Source of the DNA: Methanomethylovorans hollandica DSM 15978
GTDB taxonomy: Archaea > Halobacteriota > Methanosarcinia > Methanosarcinales > Methanosarcinaceae
Length of the DNA: 64,000 nt
Reading direction: 5' to 3'
Assembly (NCBI RefSeq): GCF_000328665.1
Contig: NC_019977.1
Location: 806,001-870,000 of the forward strand
Part shown: positions 21,000-30,788 of the stretch, piece by piece
How the letters are laid out: each line of letters begins with the position of its first letter
Position numbering within the stretch: the first letter of the stretch is position 1
The notes under the pieces: generated by a model
The model's input: only the letters and a program-made list of their open reading frames with translations
Database searches by the model: none
What the model was told of the DNA's origin: nothing
Made by a program: the position numbers and the translations under genes

Positions 21000-21815
21000 A
21001 TGAATAAGATGGACATGCTGACTGTCGGAGAAATGGGACAGAAGCTTGTGGAGGCCGGGAGGCTGAAGCTGCGCCCGCTGTGCGTATACTGTACGGACGA
21101 GATACCGCAGGGGGCTGTGGCCTCATATAAAATAGATCGCTGCATAGCTAAAGCTGTCTACACTGCCGCCATATTTCATGAAACGCCCCAGGTCTACATA
21201 GAGGCAGGCCATGAGCAGTACTGCGCCGGGGGACTCTTGTGGATGGGGTTTGTGGAACCGCATCCGAAGCTGAAGTACTTCGTGACTGTGGGCACACCGG
21301 ATTTTCGTGGCGGTGCTGCCGAGCATCTTAAGGCCACACCCGAATTGTTCGACGAGCAGAGAGAGCGTGCCGGAAAAATTACTCCTCCGGGCAGATACGT
21401 CGTCATAGCGCCTTGTACAGACGACATAGCTCCGGAAAGTATCAGATCATTGATCCTTTTTGCAGGCAGCGAGCAGATCAGAAACCTGTGCGGCCTGGCC
21501 CAGTTCAGCAATTCCGATCCTTTCTTCAGGACGCTTATTCCGGCAGGATCCACCTGTGCCATGATGATAACCTTCCCTGCAGGCATGGCCGAGCATGCAC
21601 CAAAGGATTCGGCTTATGTAGGTCCCACCGACCCCACAGGTAACCTCTGGCTTCCTGCGGACCTGCTCATCATGGGCATTCCCGCAGCCATAGCCCGTCA
21701 GATGGGGGCTGATATGGATGCGTCTTTCATCGGAAGGCGGGGGAAAGTAGCGTACCCGGAGAAGCGGGTTGAGGTGGAGCGTAAGGATAATGGTTGCGTA
21801 CATGAATCTATTTAG
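21000..21815 (+). CDS. DUF169 domain protein
   Basis: RCIAKA, YCAGGLLWMGF, EQIRNLCGL, GSTCAMMITFP, GPTDPT pattern; ends in TAG. Confidence 0.65.
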   Translation: MNKMDMLTVGEMGQKLVEAGRLKLRPLCVYCTDEIPQGAVASYKIDRCIAKAVYTAAIFHETPQVYIEAGHEQYCAGGLLWMGFVEPHPKLKYFVTVGTPDFRGGAAEHLKATPELFDEQRERAGKITPPGRYVVIAPCTDDIAPESIRSLILFAGSEQIRNLCGLAQFSNSDPFFRTLIPAGSTCAMMITFPAGMAEHAPKDSAYVGPTDPTGNLWLPADLLIMGIPAAIARQMGADMDASFIGRRGKVAYPEKRVEVERKDNGCVHESI

Positions 21816-21900
21816 CGAGTTATCGCATTCAAATGAGAATTAGGGATTATAGCTGCCTACTTTAACCGAGGATACCACTAAGCAGATTTGTATTCTAAAA

Positions 21901-22170
21901 TTACATAAAATTCATTTTATGTAACTTTTTATTCCCTTCCAGCAACAACCTCCACAGCGGCACATACCTCACCCTCCGCCCCTCGATCTTCTCCTCTCCA
22001 AAAGTATCCGCTGTAACAATGGTTCCTTCCTGTATTTTGAAATGTTTCATGCCAGCCAGCAGGCCATTTCTCTCGCGCTCTTTTGTCTGAGGGTCGGACA
22101 GGTCTGAGCAGACCTGTATCAACTCATTTATATAGCCATCGAGTATGGCCGATAAAATCTTGAAATTTTG
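21901..22170 (-). pseudogene. C-terminal remnant of AAA+ ATPase (DUF4143-type)
   Basis: INELIQVCSDLSDPQTKERERNGLL...EGTIVT...VPLWRLLL is the family C-terminus; no Walker A region upstream. Confidence 0.7.
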
Positions 22171-22426
22171 TTTTGTATAGACGAAAACATTGATCTTAAA
22201 TATCCAGCCACTCGCCAAAAACCAGAGCTTATCTTCCTGAGGGCGACCGGAAAGTTCAGTACGTGGATAGAATACGCAGTTATGGAGAGCATTCTATCTG
22301 TATCTGTAAAATATATTGTAGAGTGTCTGCTATAGCATGGAATATACGGGTTTTGAAAAAGGGCCATATGTCAAGGCAACTGAATGGTCATCTGAAAAAA
22401 GAGTGTGAGGAGGTTCTACCCTCCCA

Positions 22427-24136
22427 TCATTTATGTGTAAAGTATGCTAGGATCTCTGAGCCCACAGAGTCGATCCTGCAGAAACCGAACCTTTCGAACT
22501 GCACTATTTTGTCCAGTTCGGTTGAGATCATTTTTTCGCCAATGCCTTTGAACTCCCCGTCAGGAGAGAGCACTTTGACAGGTATACCGTCAACGGGTGC
22601 CCAGTGAATGATCTTCATGCGGTCCTTTTTAAGATTGGCAACCTCATCACCTATGTATCTGGCCTGCAACGGAGCCACGGAAGTGATCTCCACGTTGTAC
22701 AGATCCTTGAGGCGGATATGTGATCCTGCCTGAAGCTGCTCCACGTCATCCTTACAGACGAACACCCTGTCTGTAACATCGATGCTGCGATGGCCCTTGT
22801 TCTCAGTGGGATGCAGAGGAGGTTTGGCTGTGCGGGGTTCTGCACCAGCTATCGGCAGTTCCACGGGGTCCCATACGAAGAAGTATCTGCTCGCGATTGG
22901 ATCAACCATTTTCCTGTTCTCAGCGTACAGCGTGTCCATGCTGATGCTCACATCAGTTTCGCCGACTCCCATCTCTATCATGAACTTGCGGATGGCCTGG
23001 GGCAGTATTCCCCTTCTGCGCATAGCCCTGAGGGTTGGCAGGCGCGGGTCGTCCCAACCGGAGTATTCCCCTTCCTCTATTGCACGGCGCAGAGTGCTGG
23101 TACTGAACTTGCCGAACTCGTGCATCTTCACCCTTCCCCAGTGCAGGGTTTTCGGATATTCCCATCCCAGATACTTGTATATGTATGTCTGGCGTTTCTC
23201 ACTGTCCATGAGGTCCTTGCCCCGGATGATGTGCGTTGTTCCAAGTTCATGATCCTCAATAGCTCCCTCAAAGTCAAGAAGGGGCCACACTACGTACCTG
23301 TCATCGACTTTCGGTCTCGGGTGGGGTTGTTTAACAATGCGGAAGATCCCATAATCCCTCATTGCAGGGTCCTTATGCTTGATATCAGTCTTCAGACGCA
23401 GCACGGCATCCTTTGCTTCATATTCTCCGGCCAGCATCTTGTCCCAGTATACTAGATTCTCCTGAGGGCTTGTATTTCTGTGAGGGCAAGGTTCGCTGGC
23501 ATCCTTTAAGCTTTTGAACTCCTCGCTGGTACAGAAACATACGTATGCATTGCCCTGCTCGATTATCTGGCGAGCATATCTGTAATAAAGAGGTATCCTG
23601 TCAGAAGCAATGACCACCTGGTCAGGCTCAGCTCCAAGCCACCTGCAATCATCCAGGTACCAGTCATAAGCCTCAAGCATAGGCCTTTTGGTCTGGGGAT
23701 CTGTGTCATCGAACCTGATGATAAGCTTGCCTTCGTACATTTTCACATACTCGGAATTCACCACTATGCCACGGGTACTGCCCAGGGTAGGAGGACCATT
23801 GGGGTTGGGTGCAAAACGCATTACAACTTTTCCACATTCAGCGCCTTCAAGTGGCTTCAGGCCCTTTGCAGGCTCCTTTTTTGCACACATGTTCGCTATC
23901 ATTTCCGGAGCAAGCTCTTCGAGTCTTGCCTGCCACTGCTCCGGTTTCTCTTTGGATACTCTCTCCAGTATCTCCTGTATCAGAGGAGATACTTCCTTTG
24001 CACTGGCTCTCAGATGGGTGCACTCTCCCATCACCTTGCTCATAACAGCCGCAAGCTGTGGGGCCTTTCCATACTTCACGGCATTCTGAAGTGCGTATTT
24101 CTCAATGATCTGTTTATCCTCATCAGTTAATGTCAT
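22427..24136 (-). CDS. gltX: Glutamyl-tRNA synthetase
   Basis: MRFAPNPNGP, RFDDTDP, THIIRGKD, KFSTS, GWDDPRLPT, QFERFGF. Confidence 0.96.
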   Translation of the reverse strand: MTLTDEDKQIIEKYALQNAVKYGKAPQLAAVMSKVMGECTHLRASAKEVSPLIQEILERVSKEKPEQWQARLEELAPEMIANMCAKKEPAKGLKPLEGAECGKVVMRFAPNPNGPPTLGSTRGIVVNSEYVKMYEGKLIIRFDDTDPQTKRPMLEAYDWYLDDCRWLGAEPDQVVIASDRIPLYYRYARQIIEQGNAYVCFCTSEEFKSLKDASEPCPHRNTSPQENLVYWDKMLAGEYEAKDAVLRLKTDIKHKDPAMRDYGIFRIVKQPHPRPKVDDRYVVWPLLDFEGAIEDHELGTTHIIRGKDLMDSEKRQTYIYKYLGWEYPKTLHWGRVKMHEFGKFSTSTLRRAIEEGEYSGWDDPRLPTLRAMRRRGILPQAIRKFMIEMGVGETDVSISMDTLYAENRKMVDPIASRYFFVWDPVELPIAGAEPRTAKPPLHPTENKGHRSIDVTDRVFVCKDDVEQLQAGSHIRLKDLYNVEITSVAPLQARYIGDEVANLKKDRMKIIHWAPVDGIPVKVLSPDGEFKGIGEKMISTELDKIVQFERFGFCRIDSVGSEILAYFTHK

Positions 24137-24291
24137 CCGGACTCTCCCTGGATATAAAATAAAGTTCCTGTGTCGCATGAAGCGTGTTATTTTGGCTTAG
24201 TTGAGTGGAAACTAGTTAAAGTTGATGTTATGCGAAGTAATACATTAAGCACAAATATATAAAAAAATATACCTTTTTAAATTAACAGATA

Positions 24292-24591
24292 TCAAATAGA
24301 TCTTCCGACCTGAAGTATGATGGCTGTCATTTTCTGAAGTCTGGTCATCTCATTCTCAAAGTCCTTCAGGAATTCATCCACCGCAGGACCTGCTATTGCA
24401 CCCTGTATAGACGGCTTGATCAGTTGTTCCTGCTCCAGCACCCGCAGTGAATAACGGACCTTATGGGTGGCCATTCCAGTCTCTTCGGCAAGTTTAAGTA
24501 TGCCTATCGGTCCCTTTTCAATTACTGTCTTGAGGACCACAAGATGTCTTTCGGAGAGGTCCATTTCCCGTTCTATCTGGTCGAAAAGCAT
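24292..24591 (-). CDS. Conserved archaeal winged-helix protein
   Basis: ERHLVVLKTVIEKGPIGILKLAEETGMATHKVRYSLRVLE. Confidence 0.75.
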   Translation of the reverse strand: MLFDQIEREMDLSERHLVVLKTVIEKGPIGILKLAEETGMATHKVRYSLRVLEQEQLIKPSIQGAIAGPAVDEFLKDFENEMTRLQKMTAIILQVGRSI

Positions 24592-25325
24592 TATACCACC
24601 TCGTTTCTCAGAATACCTATGCCTTCGATATCTATCTCTACCACATCTCCGGGGTCAAAAGGACCTACGCCCGAGGGAGTGCCTGTAGCGATGATGTCAC
24701 CAACTTCAAGTGTCATGATGTTGGATATGAATTCAAGCAGATAAGGGACTTCAAAAATATGGTTTGAAGTGCATGAGTCCTGTTTGATCACACCGTTTAC
24801 CCGACTGCGTATGCATACGTTCTCCGGATCTATATTGGCTGCAGGCACTATAAAAGGACCAACAGGTGCAAATGTGTCAAAGCTTTTAGCACGTGTCCAC
24901 TGGTTATCCCTGCGTTGAAGATCCCTTGCAGTGACATCATTAAAACATGTATAACCAGCTATCACATCAACTGCCTTTTCTCTTTTGATGTTCTTGCAGC
25001 GTTTGCCTATGACCACCGCCAGCTCTGCTTCAAAGTCCACCTGCTCGCTAATACGCGGATATACTATCTTATCCATATGGCCAATGACAGCTGAAGGGGG
25101 TTTCAGGAATATAACAGGTTCTTTTGGTACTGGCATATCCACTTCAATGGCGTGGTCATGGTAGTTCAAACCTACACATATGATCTTTGTGGGCACAGAA
25201 GGAGGAAGAATGGTCAGTTCGGAAAGTTCGAATATCTTACCTTCTACATTACCTTTTCCAATTACCTTGTTGCCATCCACATTGCCATAAAAGGTTTCAT
25301 CCCTGTACCTGAAGCGACCCAGCAT
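24591..25325 (-). CDS. Fumarylacetoacetate hydrolase family protein
   Basis: KIICVGLNY..H, FLKP, DFEAEL, NDVTARD, KSFDTF, TGTPSGVG. Confidence 0.93.
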   Translation of the reverse strand: MLGRFRYRDETFYGNVDGNKVIGKGNVEGKIFELSELTILPPSVPTKIICVGLNYHDHAIEVDMPVPKEPVIFLKPPSAVIGHMDKIVYPRISEQVDFEAELAVVIGKRCKNIKREKAVDVIAGYTCFNDVTARDLQRRDNQWTRAKSFDTFAPVGPFIVPAANIDPENVCIRSRVNGVIKQDSCTSNHIFEVPYLLEFISNIMTLEVGDIIATGTPSGVGPFDPGDVVEIDIEGIGILRNEVV

Positions 25326-25475
25326 ATGGTCATGGATTTGCTTTCATTGTAGATAAGAGTGAGTGTCAGGAACAAGCATAACTGCTAGGATATCTATTAA
25401 ATAGATAAAGAACTTCTCAAATTTGAGGAGATACCTCCGGTAAATTATTTAACCTTACTCTGAGTATTTCCTCCT

Positions 25476-26549
25476 ATGGAATGGTATGTCATAGATGCTG
25501 TAGAGGTAGCTTATGAGCGTACAAAAAAGTGTCTTTTTGAGCCATTTGATATCTGGAAATGGGTAAAGCTTGCGATAATCCTGATACTCGTGGGTGGAGG
25601 TTCGGGTTATGGGGGCAATTCTTTTAACTCTTTCAACTCTTTTTCGGATACAGAGACATATCCCGGACATGGTCCAGACTATGATCCGGGTTATTATTCG
25701 GAATTTAACCCACTTGATCTCATAGAAGATGCAGCTTCTGCAGTGTCTAGTTCAGCCGTTCTGGCAATTTTATCGCTAATATTTCTTTTAGTGATCGTCT
25801 TCATGTATATCTCAAGTGTTATGGAATTCGTGTTAGTGGAATCTCTTGTCAGTAATAATGTAAAGTTCTGGGAATATACCCGTCGTTTCTTGGGTAAGGG
25901 ATTTCATCTATTCCTCATCAGGGTCGCAACACTCATACTGTCTCTGTTAGTACTTGCGGTCATAGTTATCTCTTTCATTTTTATATCTCGCATGTCATCG
26001 GGTGATTATTTCTGGCTGTCATTGATCAGTGGAGTTATGATCGTTTTTTTTCTTTTCATTGTTTTTGCGATCATTACCTCTGTTTTCGGCTCCTTCATAA
26101 GCATGTCCATACCTATAGTATTGTATAGTAATATTGGTGTGCTTTCAGCTATCCTGGAAGTTCTCAGAAAGTTCAGATCTGACTGGCAACAGATAATTGT
26201 TTATTGGGTAGGAAGGGCAGTATTGGGAATAATTGTAGGTATAGCGGCTTTCGTCGTTCTAATGCTTGCACTTCTGGCAACAATAGTGCCTTTTCTGATA
26301 GTGGATGTAGTTATCTACTTCTTGTTGTCGTTGGTTCTATCGGGTTTTGAGTGGATAGTTCTTACACCTTTCATTCTTGTAGAAGTAATAATTTTTATAA
26401 TTGTCATGGCCTTAGTGAGCATGCCTTTCGGTGCCTTCCTCAAATACCACATGCTATCCTTCGTGGAAAAATGGTTTTCTGAAGCAGGTATTCCGTTTGG
26501 AAAGGGAATTGACCGTGTGGCAGAACAAGTAGCAGTACCCATGGCCTGA
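25476..26549 (+). CDS. Multi-pass membrane protein of unknown function
   Basis: AYERTKKCLFEPFDIWKWVKLA N-terminus, Gly-rich loop, several long hydrophobic helices. Confidence 0.75.
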   Translation: MEWYVIDAVEVAYERTKKCLFEPFDIWKWVKLAIILILVGGGSGYGGNSFNSFNSFSDTETYPGHGPDYDPGYYSEFNPLDLIEDAASAVSSSAVLAILSLIFLLVIVFMYISSVMEFVLVESLVSNNVKFWEYTRRFLGKGFHLFLIRVATLILSLLVLAVIVISFIFISRMSSGDYFWLSLISGVMIVFFLFIVFAIITSVFGSFISMSIPIVLYSNIGVLSAILEVLRKFRSDWQQIIVYWVGRAVLGIIVGIAAFVVLMLALLATIVPFLIVDVVIYFLLSLVLSGFEWIVLTPFILVEVIIFIIVMALVSMPFGAFLKYHMLSFVEKWFSEAGIPFGKGIDRVAEQVAVPMA

Positions 26550-26780
26550 CACCCTGTGTTTCTTTTTTCCAGCTTCTATATTTTACTTAAAATATAATTA
26601 AAAAAAAATTCTACTCAAACGTGTACTATATATAACTATACTTATTAATTCTAAAGAAGCGGTATAAAATATCTTCCTACCGCTTTAAAACGTTCAGATC
26701 CGATCAAATAATAGGGGAATGATAAGATTGGAAACATCTGAACGCGGTCACAGGCCGATGTCTAATAGGGGGAATACTAA

Positions 26781-27977
26781 ATGCAATCCTATAATAATTC
26801 TTTTGCAGTACCTCTAATGATCCTTTTTTTTGTCATGGGGATACTTGTTACAGTTGGAAGTGCCATGCCAGTTGATTCTTTTAATTCCCAGTATGGAGGG
26901 TCAGTGAGTATAGTCGACATTGATCATAATGCTTCACAAGCCATATCATCTGCGATGAATGAGTTTGTGGTAATACGTACTCTTACTCCTGAAAGTGTTG
27001 AGGTCGAAGTGGGAGATACGGTCATATGGAACAATCTCCAAAGACCAAAAAAGCCTATAGTGGTGGTGAGTGATGATGGTTTGTGGGAACCTCAGATCAT
27101 CTATTATGGTAAATCTTTCACCTACACTTTCCAGAACACAGGTACATACACCTTTTTGATAGAAGGTACTCAGCTGAAGGGTACTGTATTTGTTTTGGAA
27201 AAGAAGCTAGAAGATTTGGCTGAAGAGGAAAATGAATCAGATACATCTGGTTCGATGCCCATGATGGTCTGGAACGGAACAAAAAATGTTACCCAGAGCA
27301 TGATGGACACAGTGACCGGAACCATTGCAGAACTTACCCGGGGAACAAATGAATTCCTCATGATCAGGACACTACAACCCATATCTATGGAAATACAGGC
27401 TGGGGAAACTGTTGTCTGGCATAATCTCCAGAGGCCAAAGAAGCCAATAGTTGTGGTGAGCGATGATGGCATGTGGGAGCCTCAGACCATTTACTATGGT
27501 AAGGTCTTTAATTATACATTTGATAAGCCGGGGAATTACACTTTCATGCTGGAAGGTACTAATATAACCGGTACTGTAGTTGTTACTGAAGTTTCCACTG
27601 CAAGTGCACCGGAATCTATGGAAGAGGCAGCTGCACCTTCTGTTCCGGCAACAAGTCCGGTGATGGTCCAGGATGGTACTAAGGAGAGGGTGCAGGACAG
27701 AGCTGAAGAAACAGTTCAAACAGCAAGCCGCACAAACGAATTCCTTATGCTAAGGACAATAACGCCCACTTCCATGGAGGTCCAATCCGGTGAAACTGTT
27801 GTCTGGCACAATCTTCACAGGCAAAAGATGCCCATTGTGATCATCAGCAAGGAAGGTCTATGGGAGCCTCAGACTCTATATTATGGGAAGGTATTCACAT
27901 ACACTTTCGATAAAACCGGTACCTACACCTTCACGTTGGAAGGTACTCAGATATCAGGTACTATTGTGGTAAGTTGA
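26781..27977 (+). CDS. Secreted protein with three cupredoxin-like repeats, no Cys
   Basis: Signal peptide; three ~80-aa repeats G(D/E)TV.W.N...GLWEP...YYGK.F.YTF...G.YTF..EGT...GT(V/I).V. Confidence 0.75.
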   Translation: MQSYNNSFAVPLMILFFVMGILVTVGSAMPVDSFNSQYGGSVSIVDIDHNASQAISSAMNEFVVIRTLTPESVEVEVGDTVIWNNLQRPKKPIVVVSDDGLWEPQIIYYGKSFTYTFQNTGTYTFLIEGTQLKGTVFVLEKKLEDLAEEENESDTSGSMPMMVWNGTKNVTQSMMDTVTGTIAELTRGTNEFLMIRTLQPISMEIQAGETVVWHNLQRPKKPIVVVSDDGMWEPQTIYYGKVFNYTFDKPGNYTFMLEGTNITGTVVVTEVSTASAPESMEEAAAPSVPATSPVMVQDGTKERVQDRAEETVQTASRTNEFLMLRTITPTSMEVQSGETVVWHNLHRQKMPIVIISKEGLWEPQTLYYGKVFTYTFDKTGTYTFTLEGTQISGTIVVS

Positions 27978-27980
27978 TCA

Positions 27981-28001
27981 TATTCCCCCTTAGGGGGAAT
28001 A
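27981..28001. terminator. Palindromic hairpin between convergent genes
   Basis: TATTCCCCCT-T-AGGGGGAATA. Confidence 0.5.
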
Positions 28002-28012
28002 GTTATCCATTT

Positions 28013-28957
28013 TCAGTTGGTGAATCTTGTTATCAGGTAAGCCATCATTAGAACAAGCGCCCCTACAATCATCAGTAGAACTACAGCGCCTACAAGCCAG
28101 AACTTTAAGGTTTCAGAAAGGGGGATGTGCAGACTGGCGTTTTTTCCTTCCATTTCAACGTAGGAATGTACTCCCCGTTTTTCCGGATGAATCTGTTTTT
28201 TTTCCGTGTCAATAACTGGTATGTCTCCGGATACATACTTTTTGTCAAAAGCACGCGTATCCTCTTTTACAATTGTAGTATCATTTTTTAGTTCAGAGAC
28301 TGTGTCAGCAATTACAGTTTCATTTGTTGTCTCATATGTATTTTGTTCTGATAAATTGCTATCAGGAACAATTACCTGATCAGGTCTTATAATACTTATA
28401 TCCCCGGAAGATTCTACATATTCAATATCCATCTCACTGGTCTCTTTTACTTCTTCCTCTGTAAAAGTCTCATTTTTATTTATATTACTGAACAGTGATT
28501 CTTCTCCCAGGGGTGGATTGAAGGAAAACTCTTCTTGATTTTCCTCTTCGATCTCAGATCCTGTTCTCTCTTCAGACGTTGCAGGCAGATTGTCTGCTTC
28601 ATTAAAGGTATATTGCGTCTCTTCCACAACATTCTGTTTCTGTTCTCTTACTGTATCCTGTAGATCACTATCATGCTGTGGGAACGAGTTTTCCTCTTTT
28701 AGCCGAATGTCCAGCTCGGGATCAAGAAGTATGGCTCTATCATAGCTTTTTTTAGCCTCGTCGAATCTGCCCCTATCCTCAAGTATCCTTCCCTTTTTTA
28801 ACCATGCACTGATATTATTAGGTTCCAGTTCAAGAGAACGGGTAAAATATTCAAGTTTCTTTTCCGGATCCTGGCTTTTTATTCCCATGCTAAACCAGTT
28901 CTCCGCTTCCTTTTGTTTTTTCTTGGATTTCACATCATCCATCAAGCCCATAAGCAC
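28013..28957 (-). CDS. TPR protein with acidic linker and C-terminal TM helix
   Basis: AWLKKGRILEDRGRFDEAKKSYDRAILLDP; C-terminal FWLVGAVVLLMIVGALVLMM. Confidence 0.8.
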   Translation of the reverse strand: MLMGLMDDVKSKKKQKEAENWFSMGIKSQDPEKKLEYFTRSLELEPNNISAWLKKGRILEDRGRFDEAKKSYDRAILLDPELDIRLKEENSFPQHDSDLQDTVREQKQNVVEETQYTFNEADNLPATSEERTGSEIEEENQEEFSFNPPLGEESLFSNINKNETFTEEEVKETSEMDIEYVESSGDISIIRPDQVIVPDSNLSEQNTYETTNETVIADTVSELKNDTTIVKEDTRAFDKKYVSGDIPVIDTEKKQIHPEKRGVHSYVEMEGKNASLHIPLSETLKFWLVGAVVLLMIVGALVLMMAYLITRFTN

Positions 28958-29079
28958 ACCTCATTTTTTTATTAGTAAACCAAACATCTTTCATCCTTAC
29001 AACTAATCAGATCCATTGGTATATATAAATACACTGAAAATGTAAGCACCAATGAAGATTGTTCAGCAATGTATCTTTA

Positions 29080-29859
29080 TCAGAACAACTTCTTTTGTCC
29101 TGAAGGACCCCTTGCATATTTTCCAAATTCACTGCCTACTAGCTCTTTTCCGTTGAATACCGGTCCGTCCTTGCACACTCTAGCACCAGCATCGTCTATG
29201 CAGCATGCTCCACATATCCCGATCCCACACTTGAAGTACCTGTGAAGGCTGAACTCCGTGCGTTCAAGTGCCCCTTCCCTTTCAAGGATCCCAAAGACCC
29301 TTTTCATCATCATTTCCGGACCACAGGTATATATTCTGTCATATCCCGAGATATCAAGTTCTTCAAGTACATCTGTCACAAAGCCGCAGCGATGTGCAGA
29401 ACCGTCATCTGTGGTGATGTAGACCTGTCCGCATTGCAGGAACCTATCCATGAACAACAGTTCATTGACATTCCTGGCTCCCAGGATGGTGGTTACCTGA
29501 GAACATGTGGATAATGACTTTTCAGCAAGCGGAGCCAGGGGGGCTGCTCCTACTCCTCCTGCAATGAGCAATATACGTTCTCCGTTTTCTGGAAGCATGA
29601 ATCCTCTTCCAAAAGGTCCTCTCAATCCCGTAGACTCACCTTCCTGTATTTCGAACAAGCGCGATGTGGCATCGCCGACTTTCTGCACGGTGACGGCATT
29701 TTTGTAGGAAAGTGTCATGGGGATCTCATCAATTCCTCTTATCCATACCATAACGAACTGGCCAACAGTAGCATCTTCAAAAGAATGATCAAAAAAGAAG
29801 GTACGGGTGGAGGGTGTTTCATCCACAATTTTTACTATATCAGCATTCAATGGTAACAT
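29080..29859 (-). CDS. pyrK: Dihydroorotate dehydrogenase electron transfer subunit
   Basis: [46 protein letters not shown]. Confidence 0.93.
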   Translation of the reverse strand: MLPLNADIVKIVDETPSTRTFFFDHSFEDATVGQFVMVWIRGIDEIPMTLSYKNAVTVQKVGDATSRLFEIQEGESTGLRGPFGRGFMLPENGERILLIAGGVGAAPLAPLAEKSLSTCSQVTTILGARNVNELLFMDRFLQCGQVYITTDDGSAHRCGFVTDVLEELDISGYDRIYTCGPEMMMKRVFGILEREGALERTEFSLHRYFKCGIGICGACCIDDAGARVCKDGPVFNGKELVGSEFGKYARGPSGQKKLF

Positions 29860-30758
29860 CAGAACCTCTTGTGCGCAATTCCTGTGATGTCTTCGGTCTT
29901 CGTATAGCCGTGCTCTTTAAGGAACCTGTTAATACCTGCATTTATGTCGGAGAATACATTCAGTCCCTCATAGACCCCGGAGCCTATTTGTACGGCACTG
30001 GCACCTGCCATGATCATTTCCACGGCATGTTGCCAGGTTGATATGCCTCCTACTCCTATTATCGGTATGTCCAGATTCGCATAGAGGTCATAAACACATT
30101 TTACAGCAACAGGGCGCACTGCTTCTCCAGAAAGGCCTCCGAAGCGGTTACCAAGTACAGGATAACCTGAATGTATATCTATTGCCATACCGCGTACGGT
30201 GTTGATGGCCACCACTGCATCTGCCCCTCCTGCCTGTGCTGCCTTACCTATTGTAACTATGTCTGTGACGTTTGGTGTAAGTTTCACCCATACGGGTATA
30301 TCAGTAACTTCACATATAGCTGAAGTAACAGCTTTTACCATTGCCGGATCGGTACCTACCGATGCACCATATCCCATGGCATGAGGACAACTGACATTAA
30401 GTTCAAAAGCGTCAGGTTTCCCAGGTATCAGCCCTTCTGCAACCATGCGGAACTCTTCTGGATTGCCACCAAAAATACTTGCTATCACAGGCACCCCGGC
30501 TTTATTCTTTGCTTTTTCTAGTTCCGGCAAAAAGGCTTCATAGGAGGGATTTGGTAAACCCATGGCGTTCAGGTATCCACAATCAAGCTTTACCATGCTT
30601 GGGTTGCTATGTCCGTCCTTGGCTTGTGGGCCAATAGACTTAGTTACCACTGCACCTGCGCCTTCGCGACCCATACGGATAAGCGAAGCACCTGTAGTAC
30701 CCATGATGCCCGCAGCAAGTATTGTCGGATTCTTTAAGTGCATACCTGTGATGTTCAT
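29859..30758 (-). CDS. pyrD: Dihydroorotate dehydrogenase catalytic subunit (class 1B)
   Basis: [34 protein letters not shown]. Confidence 0.95.
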   Translation of the reverse strand: MNITGMHLKNPTILAAGIMGTTGASLIRMGREGAGAVVTKSIGPQAKDGHSNPSMVKLDCGYLNAMGLPNPSYEAFLPELEKAKNKAGVPVIASIFGGNPEEFRMVAEGLIPGKPDAFELNVSCPHAMGYGASVGTDPAMVKAVTSAICEVTDIPVWVKLTPNVTDIVTIGKAAQAGGADAVVAINTVRGMAIDIHSGYPVLGNRFGGLSGEAVRPVAVKCVYDLYANLDIPIIGVGGISTWQHAVEMIMAGASAVQIGSGVYEGLNVFSDINAGINRFLKEHGYTKTEDITGIAHKRF

Positions 30759-30788
30759 CTTGGAAACCCCTCTTCTAATTCCGGATAC

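Noticed and set aside
22128..22367. 79-aa ORF downstream of gltX
   Set aside because: No recognisable motif or RBS; probably decayed sequence belonging to the AAA+ remnant
26955..27974. Repeated DNA blocks suggesting CRISPR or a diversity-generating element
   Set aside because: They are diverged in-frame protein domain repeats; no spacers, cas genes or reverse transcriptase
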